From the NCBI RefSeq assembly GCF_900079115.1, contig NZ_LT549890.1, forward strand, positions 1,110,001 through 1,142,000: 32,000 nt of DNA. Reading direction: 5' to 3'. The position numbers and the translations under genes were made by a program. Under the pieces are notes generated by a model, which searched no databases, was not told the origin of the DNA, and saw only the letters and a list, made by a program, of their open reading frames with translations. The stretch comes from Saccharolobus solfataricus (lineage in GTDB: Archaea > Thermoproteota > Thermoprotei_A > Sulfolobales > Sulfolobaceae). Each line of letters starts with the position of its first letter. The first letter of the stretch is position 1. Below are positions 1 to 8,422 of the stretch, piece by piece.

Positions 1-99
1 GCACTTTCAAAAAGAGATTGATATAGAGAAAAACAATAAAATTATTATGAAACATAACATGTTAAAATAATTTGCAAAAAATATAGCGTACAATTCTAA

Positions 100-1300
100 T
101 AATAAGAGGAGAATTCTGAATTTTTCTCACGTGGTGAAAACGACGTGCATAGTCTCCTCTGAACACCGAGAAAGTTAGAGAAGCTTGACGAATGAATCGA
201 AGGACAAAACCTTCTTACACGTGGACTTGAAGTTAAAGAGAAGATGATTCACTAGATTCCACGCAGAATCCAGAACCGTATAATAGAGGAACAAGAAGAT
301 CTTATTACTCAACTTCCTAACATACCTTATCCTTGCCTTCCTAACCTTAAAACCCTCCTCAACCTGCCACCTCAACCTATAGAGTTCAGCCAGTTCATAG
401 GGATCTCCCTCGAAGTTCGTTACGAACATGAAGTGCCTCGGCTTTCCCTTAACGTAAACCACATCGTAATAATAAAGCCCTTCAAATTCCAAGACCCTAT
501 ACGCAACGTAAACCTTGTCCTTAACCTCGTATCTCTTCTCAACTAATGGAACGTTAGATAGTTCCTTGAATCCCTTCAAGTTCGACTTTCCTCTCACAAT
601 GGTCTTCACGGGCATTTCCTTGATGACCCCTAGGTTCAAGAATCCGGCGTCAGCTACAACGTAATCTATTTCCATGTATTGGCTTACTTCCCTCACGCTC
701 CTGAGTAGGAACTGTGATGGACTGTCGCTTCTCAAATCTGCTACCTCCACTAGGAGGGGTAACCTTAAGGGATATACGAGGTCCAAGGATCTCATCTTTA
801 CTCCTTTTCTCTTCCAGTTGTAGAGTAGAAAGCCCTCTGCTTTTTCTTGTTCCTTTTCTCCCACGGTTAATCCGGTCTCATCTACAGCGACTACGTTGAT
901 CTCTCCCTTTACTTCTCTGTAGATTGGGTAGAACTTGAAGGTTCTCTGACCTTTACTAATTACTTTCTCGCCTCGTCTTACTACCTTCAAGTAGTATTTT
1001 CCTCTGTTTCCGGTTAGCAAGGATGGTGCTGCTTTCACTATTTCCGGGTCTAGATCTTGAGAGATAACGTTAATATTGTTTGTTGCTAAAGTTATAGCGA
1101 GGGACTTCAGCTCCGTTTTGGATACTTGTATGGTTTGCATAACGGAGTTATGGAGTCCCTCGCTTTAACCTTTTCTTGTTCATCTCGTCCTTCCACCTAC
1201 TTTCCTCTATTGATAATACTAGACAAATGGTATTACTCTTTATATATAAACTCGTTTTCTGTTAGTTTCTTCAACAAATATGAAAATTTTTTGCTTCTTG
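100..1300 (-). mobile_element. Insertion sequence around DDE transposase ORF 175..1140; ends not resolved
   Basis: The transposase ORF sits in a block visibly richer in G+C than the AT-rich flanks. I found no convincing terminal inverted repeats or target duplication by eye, so the span is approximate. Confidence 0.45.
175..1140 (-). CDS. DDE transposase, IS4/IS5 superfamily (Sulfolobus ISC-type)
   Basis: 321 aa, uninterrupted. Candidate catalytic residues lie in NVVAVDETG, YVVADAGF and the C-terminal YRLRWQVEEGFKVRK block typical of DDE_Tnp_1-type transposases. Confidence 0.8.
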   Translation of the reverse strand: MQTIQVSKTELKSLAITLATNNINVISQDLDPEIVKAAPSLLTGNRGKYYLKVVRRGEKVISKGQRTFKFYPIYREVKGEINVVAVDETGLTVGEKEQEKAEGFLLYNWKRKGVKMRSLDLVYPLRLPLLVEVADLRSDSPSQFLLRSVREVSQYMEIDYVVADAGFLNLGVIKEMPVKTIVRGKSNLKGFKELSNVPLVEKRYEVKDKVYVAYRVLEFEGLYYYDVVYVKGKPRHFMFVTNFEGDPYELAELYRLRWQVEEGFKVRKARIRYVRKLSNKIFLFLYYTVLDSAWNLVNHLLFNFKSTCKKVLSFDSFVKLL

Positions 1301-1377
1301 TGTTGAAATAAGCCGATTTTTCTAACTCCGCTCTGATATTTTTCTCTTCCATAGAAATTGTATCATTTTGAGTAAAA

Positions 1378-2265
1378 TTGGTGAAACACCACTGTAAAGA
1401 CGAGAAGTACTCTTTCCCCTCAGGAGAAAAATTTAGAAAAGTGAGTTTAGTATCTAGAAAAATAAAAGAGATTATGGAGAAAATTGGAGGAAAGTGGCCT
1501 CATGTGGATTATTTAAAAGGTGAGAAAATTGTGAAAATTACAAAAGGAGAACTAAGAGATATAACAAGTTTTATGGAAAGTGAGTTACTTGGAATGTCAA
1601 TAGAGGACTTTCTTAACGTAAAAAGGTTGGAGGAATTATCTGGTGATCTAAAACTAATGGTGGAGAAAAGTATTGATTCGTTGAACTGGAATTTCGGGTT
1701 AAGGAATTATCTAGTAGTTGGATTTCCTTTTAAAAATACTGAATTTGATTGCAATTACATTAAGGATGAGGGACTAGAGGTAAGTTATAAGGGTAAAAAG
1801 GTTGAAGTTGGACCATTGGCTCAAGCTTTAACTTTTGATAAATTAGTCAAAAGCTATTTTAATAAATATGGTCCTTCACCACTACTTAGGGAAATATCTA
1901 GGATTAAAGTTGCTGTGAAACTAATAAGCGAGATTAACGATTTAGATATAAGTAGTGAAAGATTTTCGATTTCAGATGGCAATTACGTTTCTTTTGCCGA
2001 GTCAATCAGAGGTTCTCTAATTCATCAGTATGAAATAAGTAATGGTAAAATTTCGAATTATAGGATAACGCAACCAACTACATTTATAGCTTCACCGGGT
2101 GGTGCATTGGAAAGCGCGGTAATTGGATTACCGATTAAGAGTGCTAAAGACCCAGTTGAATTAGCGTTGGCAGTATCATCCTTGGATACGTGCTTCGTAA
2201 CTAGGGTGAGGGTATTTGAGAACGAGAAGCTTGTAACTACAAAAAGGATAGGAGGTTTCTGTTAG
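1378..2265 (+). CDS. [NiFe]-hydrogenase large-subunit homologue, 5'-truncated and lacking one of the two C-terminal metal cysteines (pseudogene or non-catalytic paralogue)
   Basis: 295 aa with a TTG start just after an in-frame TGA. Aligns by eye with the catalytic subunit fragment 5611..6795 (GGKWPH vs GGQWPH; [24 protein letters not shown] vs RGALGHWIVVKNGKIFNYQMVTPT). The C-terminus reads [11 protein letters not shown] where the catalytic copy has SHDPCMVCNVH. Confidence 0.65.
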   Translation: MVKHHCKDEKYSFPSGEKFRKVSLVSRKIKEIMEKIGGKWPHVDYLKGEKIVKITKGELRDITSFMESELLGMSIEDFLNVKRLEELSGDLKLMVEKSIDSLNWNFGLRNYLVVGFPFKNTEFDCNYIKDEGLEVSYKGKKVEVGPLAQALTFDKLVKSYFNKYGPSPLLREISRIKVAVKLISEINDLDISSERFSISDGNYVSFAESIRGSLIHQYEISNGKISNYRITQPTTFIASPGGALESAVIGLPIKSAKDPVELALAVSSLDTCFVTRVRVFENEKLVTTKRIGGFC

Positions 2266-4490
2266 TAGAATGTAGCATGATATGCTTGACCTAGAGCAAT
2301 TCCCCCATCGCCAGCAGGAACTCTCCTAGGAGTTAATATCTCGATTCCTTGTGAGTTCTCTATAATCCCCCTCAGTATATACTCATTTACAGCAGCACCA
2401 CCTGATATGAAGATCCTTTCTGGGTTTAATTTTAACGCTGCCTTTACTAAGGCCTCTCCAAGCCTATATTGGACTGACATTGCTAAATCATTTATCCTCT
2501 TATCCCTATTTTCTAGTAACCATTCGAAAATTTTTATAGTATTTATCTCCCCATCAACTATACCTATCTCTAAATCCAAAACCTTACCACCTCTGGCTGA
2601 TGCTTCCAGTTTTATTGCAGGTTCTCCCTCATAAGTTCTATATTTACATATTCCTAGGAACGCTGAGACTGCGTCAAGAACCCTTCCAGTACTGGACGTA
2701 AATAATGTACTCTTTTTAACTACTTTCTCCAATATGTTTAACTCCCTTTCATCTAATTTTACAATACTCCTAATCTCGTCCCAACTCATGAAGGTTGATA
2801 GGATTAAGGCTAACATTCTCTCTGGTCTTATTGCATTAATATCACCCCCAACATAGGGAACGTATTTTAAGTGATATTTCCTCTCGTAATTTTTACCATT
2901 AAATTTTATAATCTCGCCACCCCATCCATTACTATCATCGCCATAACCTATACCATCAATTACAATACCAACGCCCTCCTCAAAACCATAATCAGCTGCG
3001 ACACTTAAGACATGGGCATAATGGTGTTGAACCTGGACTAACTCTGCTGAGAATCTCTCTGCAATCTTACTCGCTAAGTAGGTGCTCTGATATGCGGGGT
3101 TCTTATCGGAAATCACCAATTTGGGCTTTATATTATACCATGAGATCAATAGGCTCAAATATTTATCAAGTTCATTTAGAGTTTCTAACTCGTCAGTATC
3201 CCCTATATACTGCGTTAACACTACCTTATCATCAAAGGCTATTGCGCCCACGTTTTGCAATTCTGCCCCAACAGCAACTATTGGTTCCTTAACTTTCCTC
3301 TTTAATTTTATCCACATAGGCGCGTATCCCCTACTTCTCCTTAGGAACATGATTCTATTGGCAGATACTCTTAATACACTATCATCAACCCTATTTACGA
3401 TTTTCCTATTATGATAAAGAATGTAATCTACAACACCTTTCAACTTCTCTCTAATACACTTCTCGTCTGTACACATTGGATATCCGTGCTTGTTTCCACT
3501 TGTCATGATTAATACATGATTTTTGACATAATCAAGTAATAAGTAATGAAGAGCAGTATAAAATAGAAAGAAACCTTCTCTATCTAAGTCTGGGGATAAG
3601 TATTTAGACAATTCATAGGGCTCTTTTTTCCTGAGAAGGACTATCGGTCTCTGGGGAGATTTTAAAAGTTCTTTCTCCAATTCGTTTACATATGTGTACT
3701 TCTCTATAGTAAGTAAATCTAATGCCATTACTGCAAATGGTTGTTGAGGTCGATTTTTCCTTTCCCGTAGTTTAATTACTACATCATCATTAAAGGGATC
3801 TGCTGCTATGTGAAATCCGCCTATACCTTTAACAGCTATTATGTAGCCCTCTTCTATGAGTTTAGCTGACGTCATTAATGGATCTCCTTCCACATTATCT
3901 CCATCAATGCCTTCAAGATATAATCTCGGACCGCATCTAGGACAACTTATACCTTGAGCATCAAATTTCCTCTCGTTGGATGGGTCGTAATACTCAGATT
4001 TACATTCATCACAAAGTGGAAAATCTATCATGGATGTATTTTCCCTATCATAAGGTAATTTGTACATCATGGAATACCTTGGACCACAGTATGCACAACT
4101 ATTAAAAGGATACTTATATCTCCTATCTTTAGGATTCAAAACTTCCTTTAAACACTCATCACAAATTGAAAAATCTGGAGGAATTATACTAGGTTCTCTT
4201 ATTTCATCACCACTAGGTAATATTTTAAAGTCGGGAAATAAGTTAGGTTCCGTCTCTTCTATTTTGATGTTCTCTATTTTAGCTACTGGAGGAAGTTCTG
4301 ATAATAATAGTCTCAAAAATTCACCTAGCTCATTACTACTTCCCTCTATCCGTATCTCAACTTCACTCCCACCCATGTTCTTCACGTAACCTTTTACGTT
4401 AGCTTTATGAGCAATTCTATAAATGAATGGTCTAAATCCAACTCCTTGCACTATTCCGCTTACAATTATTCTGTAAGCATAAGTTCTCAT
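2262..4490 (-). CDS. hypF: Hydrogenase maturation carbamoyltransferase HypF
   Basis: 742 aa with an ATG start. Acylphosphatase-like N-terminus ([14 protein letters not shown]), two CxxC...CxxC zinc-finger pairs ([16 protein letters not shown] and [16 protein letters not shown]), a YrdC-like [10 protein letters not shown] block and a Kae1-like C-terminal half. Confidence 0.95.
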   Translation of the reverse strand: MRTYAYRIIVSGIVQGVGFRPFIYRIAHKANVKGYVKNMGGSEVEIRIEGSSNELGEFLRLLLSELPPVAKIENIKIEETEPNLFPDFKILPSGDEIREPSIIPPDFSICDECLKEVLNPKDRRYKYPFNSCAYCGPRYSMMYKLPYDRENTSMIDFPLCDECKSEYYDPSNERKFDAQGISCPRCGPRLYLEGIDGDNVEGDPLMTSAKLIEEGYIIAVKGIGGFHIAADPFNDDVVIKLRERKNRPQQPFAVMALDLLTIEKYTYVNELEKELLKSPQRPIVLLRKKEPYELSKYLSPDLDREGFFLFYTALHYLLLDYVKNHVLIMTSGNKHGYPMCTDEKCIREKLKGVVDYILYHNRKIVNRVDDSVLRVSANRIMFLRRSRGYAPMWIKLKRKVKEPIVAVGAELQNVGAIAFDDKVVLTQYIGDTDELETLNELDKYLSLLISWYNIKPKLVISDKNPAYQSTYLASKIAERFSAELVQVQHHYAHVLSVAADYGFEEGVGIVIDGIGYGDDSNGWGGEIIKFNGKNYERKYHLKYVPYVGGDINAIRPERMLALILSTFMSWDEIRSIVKLDERELNILEKVVKKSTLFTSSTGRVLDAVSAFLGICKYRTYEGEPAIKLEASARGGKVLDLEIGIVDGEINTIKIFEWLLENRDKRINDLAMSVQYRLGEALVKAALKLNPERIFISGGAAVNEYILRGIIENSQGIEILTPRRVPAGDGGIALGQAYHATFY

Positions 4491-4717
4491 AATTCATATT
4501 AACTTAGAAAGAATATTAAATCTTATTTAGTACCGTTAAATCAATTCATCATCTCACGAAAGTATGATTCTAATGGATAAGTGATAATAGGGAATACCAT
4601 ATTTTTAAATAATAGTGTAATATAAATAATTATTACTGACATCCAATAACTATTTTAAAGTTGTTAAAAGTATCCTAGAAATAAACTTATATTTTTGAAG
4701 ATTGATGAGATTCAAGT

Positions 4718-5239
4718 ATGGGAGAAAAAGCTTACGAAGAAGATGAAGATTACAAGGAAGGAATCAAAAAGCTTGCTGAGATAGTAATCTATCTTAACAG
4801 TAGCGGAATCCTTGACTCAGTGCTAGATCTACTAAAGTCCGGTAAATTATTAAAAATTATAAAATCACCAACATTTAAGGCAATTATAGAATTGTTAGGA
4901 GACATACAGCAAATGATAGATTCTGGAGAAGTTAATTCAGAAGATTTCATTAATGGAATAATAGCAATAGCCAAACATTTAGATAAGATAGGTAAAATAG
5001 TAAGTTCTCTAGACAAACATGGAGTACTTGATGTTGTTACCAGTGGGTTGTCTAAGGCTGCTGAAAAGATTATTAAGGAGAATAGTCAATCCAACATAGT
5101 TGAACTACTAGCCTCCTTTGATGATCCAGATGTAAAGACAACTCTTGCATATTTGCAGTACATGCTAAAAGAATTAGGTAAGTCCACAAGGCCTTTAATC
5201 GAAAAGAACAACGGAAACAGCGAAAGTAGCTCAGCATAA
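4718..5239 (+). CDS. Helical protein, possibly DUF1641-like
   Basis: 173 aa. The C-terminal LLASFDDPDVKTTLAYLQYMLKELGK resembles the l..l.DP.v...l..l...lk.lG signature I associate with DUF1641. Divergent from hypF. The family call is tentative. Confidence 0.5.
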   Translation: MGEKAYEEDEDYKEGIKKLAEIVIYLNSSGILDSVLDLLKSGKLLKIIKSPTFKAIIELLGDIQQMIDSGEVNSEDFINGIIAIAKHLDKIGKIVSSLDKHGVLDVVTSGLSKAAEKIIKENSQSNIVELLASFDDPDVKTTLAYLQYMLKELGKSTRPLIEKNNGNSESSSA

Positions 5240-5590
5240 ATATTCATCCTTATTACTGTTATCCAAAAGGTTAACCAAGCTAACCAAAATCTGTATTGCA
5301 TTCTTAACTGCCTTACCTTCCGTAGTTATCACATAATATACCTTCACAGGTTCCGTTGTCTCAACTACTCTTTTTACTAATTTCGCCTTTTCCAACTCCT
5401 TAAGCCTTATGGAAAGTGATCTCTGCGTTAAACCAGAAATCTTCCTTTGCAATTCATTAAATCTCAATTTACCGTATTTGTCTAGAAGTACTAAGATAGA
5501 GTAAGTGTATTTTTTCATTATTAACTCTAAAAGCTTCGATGAATACAAAACACATAAATCTTGATCTTCCTTTATACAACATTCAGTCAT
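5231..5590 (-). CDS. HxlR-family winged-helix transcriptional regulator
   Basis: 119 aa. CVLYSSKLLELIMKKYTYSILVLL...RFNELQRKISGLTQRSLSIRLKELEKAKLVKR matches the HxlR pattern, including the conserved N-terminal Cys. Lies 20 nt downstream of, and co-oriented with, the hydrogenase large-subunit gene. Confidence 0.85.
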   Translation of the reverse strand: MTECCIKEDQDLCVLYSSKLLELIMKKYTYSILVLLDKYGKLRFNELQRKISGLTQRSLSIRLKELEKAKLVKRVVETTEPVKVYYVITTEGKAVKNAIQILVSLVNLLDNSNKDEYLC

Positions 5591-5610
5591 AAAGTATTTC
5601 TAGATATCTA

Positions 5611-6795
5611 TTAAATAAGTTTTAGCATATGGACATTACATACCATGCAAGGATCGTGAGATCTAACCACGTGATAAACTTCTATTGGGTTATTAATATC
5701 TGAAACCTCAGTGCCAATTAAGGCCAAGGCTAAATGACTCTTATTTCCTTTAGGATCCTCTGGACTCATGTTAATTTGTGTTGGAGTTACCATTTGATAA
5801 TTGAATATCTTACCATTCTTAACCACTATCCAATGACCTAAAGCACCCCTAGGTGCCTCAACTAATCCAAACCCCTTTCCTTCATTAACCTCTCTGGGCT
5901 TCTTATAGGTTGGTTTCCAAAAATCATAATCCTTTAATTCGTTAATCATTAGCTCATTGTAAGTTATTACTCTAACCAATCTGGCAATAACTCTTGAAAG
6001 CACACTAGGTCCAATCTTATCCATAATATCCAGAATTAAGGGATTGCCAGAAACAGTTAGCATGGCTAAAGCACCTACTTCTGGAGCTAGGAGATTTCCG
6101 TCCATCCTATACCTAAAACATTTAGTTAACGAATACTTCTTACTATTGTCTGTAAGACTAGGATTGGTCTCTCCATCAAATGGATGTAAACCTATTTCGT
6201 CTCCCTTACTATAGGTGTAATATGAAGTAGTGACGAACTCGAGTATATTATTTTGGTCGAATTCTTTATACTCTTTTTCCTTGACTAAGAATATTCCAGG
6301 CTTAAAATACTTCCTTGAAGGACTTCCCACATATTCCTCAGATGGTAAATGACCATAACTTAGCATAATCCCAGCTCCATATCCTAATTTATGCCAATTA
6401 GCCTCTAAACCAAACTCAACAATCTTTGATAGATCACCATCCTTATAGTCTTCTACCCACTGGAGTAAATCCTTGTAGGATTTCACAGTGCTTAAGAATT
6501 GTTCTACTGGACCTCCTAGTACTACCTTCTCTAAATAATTCTTCCTAATATCAATGAGGATTGAAATAGCCTTCTGTACTTCATTTGGTAAAGGATATGA
6601 AGTAACCCCTCCTGGAATGATTGCTGAACCATGAGGCCACTGTCCACCGAAAATCGCGTAAACCTCAGTGTACTTCTTAGACCATCTAAAACATTCCTTA
6701 TAGGATGAGCCAGTGATTGGGGAAAATCTCTTCAATACCTCTTCAAAGTTAATATATTCTTGATACTTCTTATTTACAACGTCGATTAGGAACAT
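5611..6795 (-). CDS. [NiFe]-hydrogenase large subunit, C-terminal fragment (frame-shifted relative to 6809..7123)
   Basis: 394 aa. Contains GGQWPHG and PRGALGHW, and ends in DPCMVCNVH (DPCxxCxxH Ni-Fe ligand motif) followed only by MLKLI. Confidence 0.9.
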   Translation of the reverse strand: MFLIDVVNKKYQEYINFEEVLKRFSPITGSSYKECFRWSKKYTEVYAIFGGQWPHGSAIIPGGVTSYPLPNEVQKAISILIDIRKNYLEKVVLGGPVEQFLSTVKSYKDLLQWVEDYKDGDLSKIVEFGLEANWHKLGYGAGIMLSYGHLPSEEYVGSPSRKYFKPGIFLVKEKEYKEFDQNNILEFVTTSYYTYSKGDEIGLHPFDGETNPSLTDNSKKYSLTKCFRYRMDGNLLAPEVGALAMLTVSGNPLILDIMDKIGPSVLSRVIARLVRVITYNELMINELKDYDFWKPTYKKPREVNEGKGFGLVEAPRGALGHWIVVKNGKIFNYQMVTPTQINMSPEDPKGNKSHLALALIGTEVSDINNPIEVYHVVRSHDPCMVCNVHMLKLI

Positions 6796-6808
6796 AAAAT
6801 ACGTATGC

Positions 6809-7123
6809 CTAAGATCGTTTTTGGCAACTTTCTGCCATACTCATAACGTTCCTTAGCCTTATCGCATTCCTTGGAACTTCAGCGTTAAATATCATATCCA
6901 ACGCTGACGTTGACGCGTAAAGATGTGATGCTCCACATATTCCACATACTCTTGGAGTAATTACAAGTGAGTCTAGCGGACTTTTACCTTTAAGAATAAG
7001 CTCCAATCCTCTAAATAGCCTAGACACAATCTTCGCATCTACGACTTTATTTTCCTTAAACTTCACTTCAACATCTAAATCCCCTTCAACTCTATTAAAT
7101 GGTGAGACGATTTTACTAGTCAA
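6809..7123 (-). CDS. [NiFe]-hydrogenase large subunit, N-terminal fragment
   Basis: 104 aa. NRVEGDLDVEV and PRVCGICGASH (RxCGxCxxxH Ni-Fe ligand motif). The TTG start overlaps the small-subunit stop by 8 nt. Ends at a TAG shortly after an A5 run. Confidence 0.9.
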   Translation of the reverse strand: MTSKIVSPFNRVEGDLDVEVKFKENKVVDAKIVSRLFRGLELILKGKSPLDSLVITPRVCGICGASHLYASTSALDMIFNAEVPRNAIRLRNVMSMAESCQKRS

Positions 7124-8096
7124 GCCAATCTACCTTTTCATCTTTCTTACTATGAAGTGGCTTTACTAGGAAGTTTGGTGCAGAGCCTCTAGCAATTGCG
7201 GATAGCGTAGTATATGCACCCCTACTGACACCAAGAGGCAATTTCTTAGGTATACCACTCCTATTTTTCTCCGTACTAAAGAAGTTGAAGGTTGGGAAAT
7301 CAAATTCGGTACAACCAAAACAAGGTGTACCAACTCTAGTTTTACTACTTTGATTATTCCATAAGATAATATTACATGGACTCTTAGTGTAAGAACCCCT
7401 ACAGCCCAACTCGAAATATAAGCAACCCTCTCTATGTCCAAATTCCTTGAGGGCAACCTTATAAGTAAAGTATAAATTCCTAGGGCAGCCAAACTGAGTA
7501 GTTGTACCGTAAATTATCTTCAACCTCTGATATTCATCTAGATCATCTTCAGTTAGTTTATCATTTAAGATTAAAGACAAAGTAGTAGTTATCCACTCAG
7601 GATGTGCGGGGCAACCAGAAATGTTAATCACTGGAAGACCCTTTCTCGTCTTGAAATTTTTCCCGAGAAATCCACCCTTTTCCTTTTTATAAAACTGCAA
7701 GCCTGTAGATTCAGTTGGGTTAGGATCTGAAGCTGGTATACCCCCAAAACTTGCACAATCCCCTACTGCTACAACGTAATTAGAGACATTTGCTACTTCA
7801 CGAACCCAATCCTTCATTGGCCTTCCAGCAAACATATTAAACCCTCCACTACCGTTTGGTCCTAATACTACAGTTCCCTCAAATATGAAAATGTCGAGGT
7901 TAATTTTTCCGCTAATTATGTCCTTTAATAGTTCTTTAACCTTCTCACCGGATTCTAAGGAAAGTGATGGATGCCATAATAATTTTGCATGATACATGGA
8001 AAAGAACTCTAACACGTCTGGACTCTCAGCATTAAGAAATGATAATGTATTTCCACCGCAGGCTCCACCTTGAAGCCATAATACTGTCTTCATCAA
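7116..8096 (-). CDS. [NiFe]-hydrogenase small subunit, cytoplasmic type (no Tat leader)
   Basis: 326 aa. Motifs: LWLQGGACGGNTLSF, GDCASFGG, ISGCPAHPEW, FGCPRN, GCLYFELGCRG, SPCNIILWN, PCFGCTE. The conserved WLQG block starts at residue 6-7, so there is no room for an RRxFxK signal peptide. The likely true start is the ATG at 8091-8093. Confidence 0.9.
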   Translation of the reverse strand: MMKTVLWLQGGACGGNTLSFLNAESPDVLEFFSMYHAKLLWHPSLSLESGEKVKELLKDIISGKINLDIFIFEGTVVLGPNGSGGFNMFAGRPMKDWVREVANVSNYVVAVGDCASFGGIPASDPNPTESTGLQFYKKEKGGFLGKNFKTRKGLPVINISGCPAHPEWITTTLSLILNDKLTEDDLDEYQRLKIIYGTTTQFGCPRNLYFTYKVALKEFGHREGCLYFELGCRGSYTKSPCNIILWNNQSSKTRVGTPCFGCTEFDFPTFNFFSTEKNRSGIPKKLPLGVSRGAYTTLSAIARGSAPNFLVKPLHSKKDEKVDWLD

Positions 8097-8099
8097 TAT

Positions 8100-8135
8100 A
8101 ACTTTTTATATTAAAGTATAAAACTTTTTATATTA
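8100..8135 (-). promoter_or_regulatory. Tandem 14-bp direct repeat (AACTTTTTATATTA on plus strand) in the hydrogenase promoter region
   Basis: Copies at 8100-8113 and 8122-8135, 22 bp apart. On the gene strand each reads TAATATAAAAAGTT, which is TATA-box-like. The distal copy lies about 30-40 nt upstream of the ATG at 8093. Confidence 0.3.
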
Positions 8136-8422
8136 TGAAATTTGAGGAGATTTTAGATAGACCTAACTTCTTTTTAGATAAAATTTATTTAAACAATACC
8201 TCACAGAATTATCAAAGGATATCATGAGAGACAATTCTTTAGGAGAAAAGACAAAAAGCGTAAATTAATCATATTGAATGTATTGTACAAGGTAATCTTA
8301 AAATACAGAGGTTAGATCTAACACTAATGAAGGATAAAGTTACATTATATTCCATTAAGGAACATTTAATAGTTTAAAGGTCTATATACATATAATTTTT
8401 GAATTAAGTTTAATTATAATTG

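Noticed and set aside
96-1219. Possible imperfect terminal repeats (..AATAAGAGGAG.. at about 100-113 versus ..TTCCTCTATTGATAAT.. at about 1202-1217) for the left-edge IS
   Set aside because: Only a 6-bp core (AGAGGA/TCCTCT) really matches, and the flanking identity is at chance level for AT-rich DNA. The ends are left unresolved.
2407-4389. Plus-strand ORFs 2407..2634, 3092..3292, 3121..3414 and 4060..4389, all antisense to hypF
   Set aside because: These are shadow ORFs opposite a confidently identified 742-aa gene. They are low-complexity Ser/Leu/Ile-rich translations.
7166-7492. 108-aa ORF inside the hydrogenase small-subunit gene (same strand, other frame)
   Set aside because: It lies entirely within a gene whose product has all the expected family motifs. 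The alternative frame has no recognisable features.
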